Source: Yuukianura sp. NJ FZ-2021 (taxonomy: Eukaryota). Taken from it: a DNA stretch of 64,000 nt. The position numbers and the translations under genes are program-made. Within the stretch, counting starts at the first letter, position 1. Each line of letters begins with the position of its first letter. This document shows, in pieces, positions 45,995 through 55,857 of this stretch. The notes beneath the pieces are model-generated. The model saw nothing but the letters and a program-made list of their open reading frames with translations, was not told the origin of the DNA and did not search any database. The stretch is taken from the NCBI GenBank assembly GCA_046563655.1, contig JAJCTO010000010.1, positions 434,001-498,000 of the forward strand, written 5' to 3'.

Positions 45995-46087
45995 GAAGAA
46001 GAAAAAAAGAGTGAGAAAGAAGGGGAGGCCCCCCCTGGGGGACAGATCGTGCAACTTTTACTAAAAAAGGGGGATCCCTTACCGTTT

Positions 46088-46285
46088 TCCTTGGGATTTT
46101 TTCCCAGCGTGTTCACAGTGGATTTAAATCCAGCGTTCCTCTGGATTTTTTTCCAGCGTGTCCACAGTGGATTTAATCCAGCGTTTCTCTTGGATTCTTT
46201 TCCAGCGTGTCCACAGTGGATTAAATCCAGCGTTCCTCTTGGGATTTAAATTCCTGCCTTAACATTGAGTTTTTAAATCCCTGCG
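46088..46285. repeat. ~45-bp tandem array with palindromic TGGATTTAAATCCA core
   Basis: TTCCAGCGTGTCCACAGTGGATTTAAATCCAGCGTTCCTCTTGG-like units, 3 copies plus degenerate ones. Confidence 0.8.
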
Positions 46286-46339
46286 TTAACTTTGCCTTGT
46301 TTTTTTTAAGTGTGTTGTCCATTTTTAAAAAAAAAAGTT

Positions 46340-47240
46340 ATGAGTTTAATTGGAAACGAAACTTCATTTTATGTTACTTTACAATCTAATGCTTCCATGG
46401 ACATTTTCCCTGGAAATAAAATTTCCGATTTTAAAAATCGGCTTGGCTCTCCAATTTCTCTTCCACCAGGTCAATGGCAAGTAGCTTTAACAAGTATTAG
46501 TTACACATACGGTAGTCCATTCATAAGGAAAGGAGATGTTTTATTTGCCTATACCTTTATTTGAAAAGAAGAAGAAGAATAGTGAAGCATCTACTTTGGA
46601 AACACCTACTTCAAAAATTATATATTTACATAAAGAAAAACCTTTAGAAACAACACATGTGGAAATGAAGGAGGTTGTGGTACCAACAACTGTTCTCATA
46701 CGACCCCCACCTCCAATCTCATCTTACAAAGATATAACTACAGAATCTGAACTACTTCATGTACTTCATAAACTAATTGAGGGAAGTCATTTTGACATTG
46801 ATGGAAACACATTTTCCTATACTATTCCTCTTGATGAACAAGAAACATTGGAATTTTCTCCAAAATTATGTGATATTCTTGGCTTAAGTTCTAATCAACT
46901 TACCTACTCTCATCAAAATTCAAATGGAAAAAACATTTTTAGCGGGAAAGGAACAATGCCAATGTTTTTGAATTCTGGAAATACTAAATTATTCATATAT
47001 TGTCCTTTAATTCGTCCACAATTTGTTGGAGACGTGATGGTTCCATGCCTCCGTGTGATTGATTATGATGGAATTACCGGGAAACAGAAAACACATGAAT
47101 TTATACATCAATTCTTTTATGATATTGCTGTGTCAGAATTTGAAGTAATACACATATATATACGCAATGAAGTTTCTGAACCAGTTGCATTTGAATTTGG
47201 TAACGTGACTGTTACACTACGATTTCGAGAAAAACGTTAG
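46340..47240 (+). pseudogene. Minor capsid protein (frameshift near 46555)
   Basis: FYVTLQSNAS..FPGN, WQVAL, FVGDV and TLRFR. Confidence 0.85.
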
Positions 47241-47253
47241 GATTTTTTGAAAA

Positions 47254-47742
47254 ATGAAACATTCAGGATTTAACTGTCGAGTGGATGAGCCGAATCAATT
47301 CTTTAAATTAAATTATTATACTCCACAATTTGGATACGGTACAGTAGAACCAAGATTGTACTTTTCTGGAGTTAGGAGACAAAAGGGAGCTGGAATTGGG
47401 GGAGTATTTGGGACTTTAGCTAGACGTTTGTTACCATTTGTTAAACAATTTATACTTCCACATGCTGCAAAAGCATTAAAAGGCATTGCTATTGATGCGA
47501 TTGATGGAAATCAAAATATGAAACAGTCTCTTAAAAGTCATGGTCTTCAGGCACTTAAGGCTGCAGGGAGAGACGTTCTTAGTCAGAGTGGATTTGGAAG
47601 ACGAAGACGAAACAAGTCTAAGAAAAAGAAGAAGAGTAGGCGTACTTTGAAACGAGTAGGTCCTAAACCCACCAAAAGGAGAAATAAAATCAAAAGACGA
47701 AGAAGAAAAAAAAATTCAAAAAAAATTAGGTATATTTTTTGA
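47254..47742 (+). CDS. PW-like basic protein
   Basis: RQKGAGIGGVFGTLARRLLPFVK, QSGFG and a K/R-rich tail. Confidence 0.72.
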   Translation: MKHSGFNCRVDEPNQFFKLNYYTPQFGYGTVEPRLYFSGVRRQKGAGIGGVFGTLARRLLPFVKQFILPHAAKALKGIAIDAIDGNQNMKQSLKSHGLQALKAAGRDVLSQSGFGRRRRNKSKKKKKSRRTLKRVGPKPTKRRNKIKRRRRKKNSKKIRYIF

Positions 47743-47752
47743 AAAAAAAAAA

Positions 47753-49132
47753 ATGCCAAAAGTCAAAGCTTCAAAATTAAAAAGTTCATCCCATGCTGCT
47801 CCCTACACTGTCATCCGATCAGAAACACAACTTTTTGAAGAACCAGTCTATGATGTTTCACTTTCTTCAACTTCAATTTCTGAGTATCATTCAATTAATT
47901 CAATCACTGATTCTCAATCTCCACTTGAATTTTTTATTCAATCAAATCAAGTGGAATTTTTAGACCTTGCTGAAACTAAACTATATATTAAGGCACGTAT
48001 TGTTAAAACTGGCAATTCAACTTTAGAGGAAGCGGATATTGTTATACCAACAAACAATTTTCTTCATAGTTTGTTTTCACAATGTTCAATTTATCTAAAT
48101 GAAGTCCAAATCACACCCGCAAATAATTCATATGCTTACAGAGCCTATATTGAAACCTTATTAGCATATGGAAAAGAATTTAAAAAATCTCAAAGTCAAT
48201 GTGCATTTTTCTACAAAGATAAAGATCCTAAAAATACAGATGTAAAATTAGAAGGCGGTTTGAAAACTCGTTACGATTTGTCAAAATCTTCGAATGTAAT
48301 TGAATGTTTGGGACGACCATTCACAGATATCTGTATGCAAAATAAGTATTTAGTACCTGGAATTGATGTTCGAGTTTCGTTTCTCCGCTCTACTCCAGAA
48401 TTTTCACTCATCTCCAACGTAGCTAATGCAAAATATCAAGTGCAAATTTTGGAAAGTAAATTAATAATACAAAAACAAAGCCTTCTTCCATCTCTACTCA
48501 CTTCTACTCTAAAAACTTGGGAACAAGGAAGACCAGTCACTTATCCTCTGAAACGTGTTGAAGTCAAAACTTATACAATTTCTCCTGGAACTATAAATAG
48601 TGTGAATGAAAACTTGTTAACTGGAATTGTACCTAGATAGAATAATTTTGGGACTCATTCCTTCTGAAAATTTTATTGGCACTTATGCTACAAATCCTTT
48701 TGCTTTTGATCATTTTGGACTAAATTATATTCATGTTAGTGTAAATGGAGATTCTGGTTCAAGCCTTCCAGTGGCTTGAACCAGGCTTGGTTCAAGCCTG
48801 GTTCAAGCCATTGTGATTTTGAAGAGAATCAATACGTACAATTGTACAGTAACCTTTTCTACGGACTTGGAATTTCAAATGATGACGTTGGAATTGATTT
48901 AAATTGGAGTGAATTTAAATCTAATCCACTATTCGTTTACAACTTGAGACATATAAAAGACGGATTTCCAGCTCCAAAATATGGAAATGTTAAAATTGAT
49001 TTAAAGTTTAAGGAAGGTTTGAAAAAAGCAATTACTGTCGTTGTCTATTCTGAACTACAGTCAGTCTTACATATCGATAGTTCCAAATCAGTTTACTTTA
49101 GAGACTACAGCGGATCAACTATTGATTCATGA
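47753..49132 (+). pseudogene. Major capsid protein (frameshift near 48635; 35-bp insertion 48774-48808)
   Basis: Collinear with the family A capsid across three frames. Confidence 0.88.
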
Positions 49133-49647
49133 ATACTAATCAAATTTTTTCTTATCTTAACTCTTTTTTGTCAAATAAAAATTGTTCATTCGATGTAATA
49201 CCATGTGACCTTTTAGACACTTACTCAATTAGAAAGTATCCCTTACTCCTTTGTTGTAACACGGACGAATCAAATTCTCCTGGACAACATTAGATTTCAA
49301 TTTTTAGAACGTCATCTCAAACTCCTCTCATATTTGTTGATTCTTATGGAATGGGAGCCACTTTTTACAATAAATTTTTTCAAAACTTTGCCTCTTGTCT
49401 CAACACCTACTTTATAGAAAATACACAACGGCTCCAAAGTTTTAACAGTTCAGTTTGTGGAGAATATTCAATTTACTTTCTATTTAAACTTTATTCTTCT
49501 TGCTGTTTAATGTCAATTTATTGTAACTTTAATCGTAATACTGTTACTAATGACTCTAAATTCAAATACTTTGTTAGAAAAAAAAACTTGCATGTAGAAA
49601 ATTTAATTCAAATTATAAAGCTATTCAATGTTGTCAACCTTTTTTGA
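49129..49647 (+). pseudogene. Adenain-like cysteine protease (TAG at 49291 replaces the W of HW)
   Basis: NTD...PGQH*...DSYG...RLQ...SVCGEY. Confidence 0.88.
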
Positions 49648-49761
49648 AATAAATAAACAACAAATATCCAATTCTCTTTTTTTTCAATGCTGCAAATCTC
49701 TAAACACGAGGCGTTTATTTAGTTCTTTTTTAAAAAAAAAACCAAAAAAGATTAAAATGTT

Positions 49762-50209
49762 TTAGTCGTGTGGGATTCCAACTAGTTCAGCTCGAAAAGC
49801 TTCCAGTTCGTTCAAACAATTTTGAAGGCACTCAGCCAATTTTGTAACCTCTCCCCTATTTGATCGTAGATAAATGTTGTTGAGACGGCGCATTACATAG
49901 GGAATGTTCCGAACTTCAGAATTAGTCGTCTTTCCAAGCCGCTTCATGTAGACCCAAGTAAAGGGATTTCCACGGTACATTACCTCACGACTTCACAAGT
50001 TTAACTTCCTTTCCTCGTTGTCCCACACCGTCAAATCCTCCACCTCTTCAGTCCCTCCTGTAGTAGCAGCAGCAGCTGCAGCGTTTTCCTTTCCCTCTCC
50101 TGACATAGAAACAAAATGAGCTATTATAAACATCACAAGTACTTTCGAAAAGTTTTTTCTCCTTACCCCTTGAAGGCAATTCGGGCGAATTTGGTGGAGC
50201 CTGAGCCAT
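49762..50209 (-). pseudogene. Small two-exon accessory gene with in-frame TGA; function unknown
   Basis: MAQAPP...SRG splices in frame to ...LTVWDNEERKLNL*SREVMYRGNPFTWVY... Confidence 0.45.
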
Positions 50210-50401
50210 GGTTAACCGGTTGATGCAAAAGCAGAAAGTGTCGATAGCAGAATGATAAGCTTTATGAACAAAATTTCCTTCTTTTATACCAAAAAATTCC
50301 CACTTCAGCATCACTCCCAAACTCAAACCCCCTCCTCCAAAAACTATTTTTTTTGCTGAGGAATATTTGTTCTAGAACCTGTTAGCTATACTTTTATTCA
50401 A

Positions 50402-51995
50402 TCAGTATTCATCCTCTACATGCGGAAGTGGATTGAACCTTTGACGATAATCACTTTCAATACCTAACAATTCAGAAATAAAATTTTGTTTCACCAAATT
50501 ATTTTTAAATTCAAATTCCAGTTCAAATCCGTTCAGGACGTCGACTCCCATCCGATCCTCCTCCGTGTCTTCAACATCGTGCCAAATTCTTAGCCTCCGT
50601 GCACAGCATAGAATAAGCCTCCAACACTCCTTGTCAACCACGTAACTTTCCCGCGTACGTTGACTTACTCCACTAATTAACAAAACCTTCGGTTAGTCAA
50701 CTTCAGTTAACATATGAATGAAGACTTCGTGATCGATTTCACAATTGAAATCAATTGGACTCCAATTCGATCTAATTTTAAATAGTACAAATATTTAAGT
50801 CCTGAAAGGCTATGCATTAAATCCCTTCGAGCAATACTACAACCTTTTAATTCTAAAAACTGAAGAGATTCTGGAAGTGTAGGCGTAAATGTTATCCGGT
50901 TATACGGTTCAAACCCCCCTTCACCTAATCTAAACCTAGTAAGTACATGAGGCAAAACTTCTAAGGTTAACTCTCTCAAGTTTATCATTTGAGAGAGTTC
51001 CACAATTCTAAAGGGTCCCCTCGGCGTAATTGTAATATTACTTAGATCTAATACCTTCAAAGAAGTTAGGCTTCTTTCTACAATAGTACTTACACGATTT
51101 AAACTTAGTATATCTAATTCTATTCTAATAGTTTCAAAAGAATTTGGAATTCTGCAAAGGTTCCACAATATAGACACCATACTTGGATGAAAATAGTACA
51201 GAGGGGCACATACTACGGAAATATTTTTCAAATTTGGAAAACTACAAGTTAATTGTACCATCAAAGGTACAAGGAGGACAGTAAAATGGAGGAGGTTCAC
51301 ACTCGACCTCAATTGTAACTAAAGTCGTACGATTATTAATAATAAACTCAAAAAAGTTACGAATACATTTTTCGGAAAACGGGTGGTTGATGGAAAATCG
51401 CTGTAGATTTGGAAAACAAATAATTTTACCAAGAAACTTAGCAACAGGACCACCTACAAGTTGGTTATGTCTTGTGTCAATAAAGTTAGACTTAAATTCT
51501 AAACTAGTTAACTTATTTAAACCAAAGCACATTCGGTCCAAAATTCCCTGCTCCAACTCTTCAACAAACATTAGAAATAAAAATTTAACTGAATTTACCA
51601 TTGAACATATTTCTAAAGCTTCTCTAATACAATCTTGGGACACTGGCCCTGAAAATAAAATACTTTTTACGAGATGTGGATACATCAATGGCGGTAAAAG
51701 TGGCTTCTCTGTTGAAGACAACTGCAGAAATTTGATTTTTCTGAATTTGAAAAAATCAAGCGTCGACGGGTCTGGGTGAAACATTGTCCACATTCCCACA
51801 GCGTCTATTGCGTCTTGCCACGTTTTTGAAACGGACCTCATTGTTTTAAGATCCTCATTTTCCAAAAACGACAGAATACCTTCACAAACCTTCATCAACA
51901 AAAACAATCAAGAATAAAAGTATCCTTAACTGAAATATGATTATGCTCTTTTTTCAAAAGAAATGTACCTCCAATGGCAAATCTCCCAAACTCAT
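50402..51995 (-). pseudogene. F-box / LRR-like protein (exon 1 51995-51969; frameshifts near 51300 and 50720)
   Basis: Spliced MSLGDLPLE|VCEGILSFLENEDLKTMRSVSKTWQDAI is an F-box. LxxLxL repeats follow (LTSLEF, LKVLDLS, LRELTL, LQFLELKGC). Confidence 0.82.
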
Positions 51996-52205
51996 TTTAT
52001 TGTTTAAAAGAAATTTTGTTAGCACGAAGATGCAGTCAAAAAACAAAATGTGAAAACACACTGAGTTCAAATCCCAAACAGGTAGCTCCTTTTATTCTGC
52101 AAACAGACTCAGCTCAAATCCATTTTAATTCAAAGAAGGAAAACATCTAATAGCGACTAACATCATTCTAAATTAGGGGGGTGTGTAACTGAATTACCAA
52201 AAAAC

Positions 52206-53931
52206 TCAATTTTTGGATAAGTCGATGACATCATCGTCTGTATCCTCAAAGCGATGACCTGTTGGTGGACTTCCCTCACCAATTTCACTTCCTCTGTACA
52301 TAATCAACTCTCGACCCTCCGGAGTATCCTCTCCCGGATCACATACGGTGACCCCAACATTGGAGCCAGGTTCAACTGACTCCAAAGCACCGGAGACAAC
52401 AGTAGACGAAGCCGCAGGCTTCTTGGCAAGTATATTTGCCAGCCCAAGACGCACAGGATTCCACCACAACTTAGGCTCTTGTGCTTCTCGCGGCCGCTTA
52501 GCAGCCGGCCCCCTTCCCGAAGAATCCACCTGAATCCTGTTGTCTCCATACGGCTGGCTCATTCCAGGACGGATGGTTAAATTTGGAAGAAGCAGTAGTT
52601 GAGTCAGTGAACTTGGTGGACCAACATTTGGAGCGTTGCCACATTGCATCGGAAGGGTCGGACGTACTAAAGATGTTCCAACCAAGGGCGGTGGGACCAC
52701 GGGCACAACTGAACCTTCCTGAACTGCCGGCGTCGCTCCTTGAGGAAGAGTAACAGGACCAAAAGCAACAGCGTCCTCAATACGATCTGGACCACCTTCG
52801 CTTCTACCCGTCAGCAATCCCGAGACTATGGTATTTCTCAGATTACTAAAACAAAAAAAATTTACCAATATTTAGTTAATAACAAATTAACTTACAATTT
52901 AAAAATTCTAAAATTACCTAGATCGAATGAGTCGTTCAAAGGCCGACTTAATTGCATTGAGCTCATGCTCATGCTTTCGGCTTAATTCGATTATCCGATT
53001 CTCCCTGAAACAAATTAAATACTTAGTTAAATTGACCAACAAAACATAACAAACAAGTAAATATCAAGAATATCGTACTTGTAATTTTAACTGACCTGCT
53101 TATGATGGCATTCTCAAGATCTTGTTTTAACTTTCTTTCAATTATCTCACCGCCGCGCACCCGTCCCTCCAACTCCCCTCTCAGTCGAGTAATTTCAGCC
53201 AGTTGAGTTTCCCTAAAAAAAATTATAATACATTTCAGAAATTTTTCTTGTGAAAAGTTGCAAAAATTGAATTTTAAAACTTGCGCATCCAATTTCCCTT
53301 TCAATTCCTCAACTCGTCTGCACGTAACCTGCATGGCACTTGCGACGGAATTCATGGCTTGGCTAAAAAAAAAGTTTTTTTTAGGAATAGGTTGATTTTA
53401 AAACGTTATGTATAAATGATTCAAAGATTTTACTTACCTCACAATCAAGTAATCACCCGCCCCATAGTTCAGCATAACACGGAATCCTTTGACTTCGTGT
53501 GCCTTGGAGAAAATTGGTGCCCTACACTGCGGGCTTGGAACTTGGAAATGGACACGGAGTGCTGAAAAAGCATTTGATTCAATTAACTAACCGTACTAGA
53601 GTGATAAACTTATATAAAAAATGTTAACCTTCTGCGCTGTTCCAAAACGTTGACAATAGTTCCCACCGCAATGATTCTTTTCATCAAGCATCTCCTAAAC
53701 AAAAATATCGAATTAGTTTACCTTAAAACTAGAAAGTTATTGTTTCCAAAACATATTTCCAGAAACTCACCAGTGAAAAGCATGGTAACATTCGGTTACC
53801 CACACTGATGCGTGTGCGCCGGAAACTTCGACAAAAGCTGGATTATTGTCAACAATTGAAAATTTACACAAACTACACGTAGCAATTGGCATCGTAACTT
53901 GTCTGTGCCTAAGCTTTCGTGTAATAGACAT
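52206..53931 (-). pseudogene. RING-H2 + coiled-coil protein with C-terminal SIM-like motif, about 7 exons
   Basis: CSLC...ECYHAFHWRC...CPF/PQCR, heptad-rich middle exons, and a DDDVIDLSKN end. One apparent frameshift near 53535. Confidence 0.68.
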
Positions 53932-54584
53932 GTCTACTCTGGAACTCAGCGTCTTTTAAACTTTCTACAGAAGTTAAAAATTTGAAGATCATCAGCTTGA
54001 AAATCTAGGGGGTTTGTACAACCAAAGAAAAAGTTTCTGCCTAAATCCAAAAACTGATATCAATTTTCAATAAAAAGCTAAGTCTTCGTATGGAGATAAT
54101 GGTGGGGAGTCCAGACTCATTAGGGCGGGGAGCGTCATTAGTAGACTTTGTGTCTTAAACTCAATTTTTTTCATGAAAAATATGTTACAAACGCTTTTTC
54201 AAAACCCAACGTGTTTTCTGTTTTTAGTGTTTTTAATATAGACAAAATAACATTTACTTAGATTTTTTAAAGAAAGAGCAAATATTTATTTTGGAATTCA
54301 ATTCTTGAAGTACAAATGAATTCCGCAAAACTTTGAGCTAGGGGGCAGAGATTATTTGAATTAGTCGGTCGTTAATTAGTTTTGGGAGCATCAAAGCCTA
54401 GATCCATTCTTTTTCCGAATGTCCAAATTTTTCTGGAAAGGGAAGGGGGGGGGGCAAAAGATCATCGATGATTATTTACAAATTTTGAAAAACTTTGTCA
54501 ACATGTTTCTAAATGTTTCTAAACGTTGAGCGTTTCTTTTTGATTAAAAAATTATGCATTTTACTAATTCTCAAATCCGTTGAA

Positions 54585-55142
54585 CTAATTGCAGTGGTAA
54601 CCTTCTACTTTTTGTGTCCTCTTGCTACCAAACCCTATCCTAGCTTGGAAATCATCCAAATCTTCTACCACCTGCAATTGCAATTTTGAAAATGTAGTGT
54701 GATATTTGAAGACACAAAATTACAAAAACAAACGTAATCACAGAATATTACATACCGCAGAAAGAATCCCATTTCCATTGGTTCCAAGTCGTCTCCCGGG
54801 TTTCCAACCCATTCTCTTCATTATTTTTAGTACAACTTTACTAATACCGGCAGGACTAGAAAATTTTATTCAAATTAAAAATTAGTTCACATTGAACTTG
54901 AAAAAGAATTTCAATTTTGAAAGAACATATAAGTTTAAAATTATAGGAATAACTTACATGTTTAACACACTAAAAAAACTAAGCACAAATGAGTTGTAAT
55001 TTGTGGCAGCTACACTGTCTTCCGATTCCTTAATGAAAACTGTGAAGTTTTTCTCCAAAAAATCATACACTTTGTGACCCTTCGGGAAACGTTTTTCAAA
55101 ATTTTCTAGATTAAAATTGTGACACACTGACAAATTTTCCAT
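54585..55142 (-). CDS. G-patch domain protein, 3 exons (55142-54958, 54855-54756, 54671-54585), about 123 aa
   Basis: VVLKIMKRMGWKPGRRLGTNGNGILSA...RIGFG. The N-terminus CHNF...FLEK is homologous to the gene at 36251. Confidence 0.85.
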
Positions 55143-55304
55143 TTTTCCAGGCTGAACTTTTGTTCTAGACACCCCTAGTTAGAAACTGATTTTACATTTC
55201 TATTTAGAACTGCAACTTTGTCTTCAGAACTGATTTGTGTAGACAAAGTAGCTACATAAAATAATTTTTTGCAAATCCATTGATCGAATTTGCAAACATC
55301 AAAC

Positions 55305-55851
55305 AGTGTCAACTTTGACATTCTATGTCAAGTCGAGACAAAAGATTTATTGCTTTTCCCATTTGAAGGGAACCCCATTAATTTAATGTGGAGATTCTCT
55401 CACTTCTTCTCACAGTTCTCAAATCTCACACATCTAATACCAAGTCAAAAAAATCAGTTCCAAACCATACATGCATTGTTTCATATACAAAATAAATCGA
55501 CATACGTCAGAACTTATTTCTAGTTTTTGAAAAAAGTCAAACATTGTATTTTCATCAATACATCTTTTTTCAAAAAACTTCTGTCATTTCAATTGGAAAG
55601 GGTGGGGGGGGGGGGACAATTAGGGGTGTCATTTCATCTCATGAGCAAATCCTCTCTTCACATTTCTTGTGTGTAGAGTCTTCAGCTAGAGATTGTTTTG
55701 GTCCAAGTGGAGGGAGGGGGATGGGGAGTGGGGGTTGCATGTCATTGCCACTGACCTACTTCAGATTTCCAGCATAAAGCACGAATCAGCCAGCAGAACT
55801 GAGATGGAATTCTCCCATCTCGGTTCTACTAGCTAAACTAAGGTTATTACT
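55305..55851 (-). repeat. Polinton B right TIR
   Basis: Inverted match to 35621-36165. Confidence 0.88.
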
Positions 55852-55857
55852 AATTCA

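Larger units (their letters stand above)
35621..55851 (+). mobile_element. Full-length Polinton/Maverick family B (20.2 kb)
   Basis: Ends AGTAATAACC...GGTTATTACT. 6-bp TSD CATTCA (35615-35620) / AATTCA (55852-55857). Empty site in the left arm near 9439. Complete core gene set. Confidence 0.96.
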
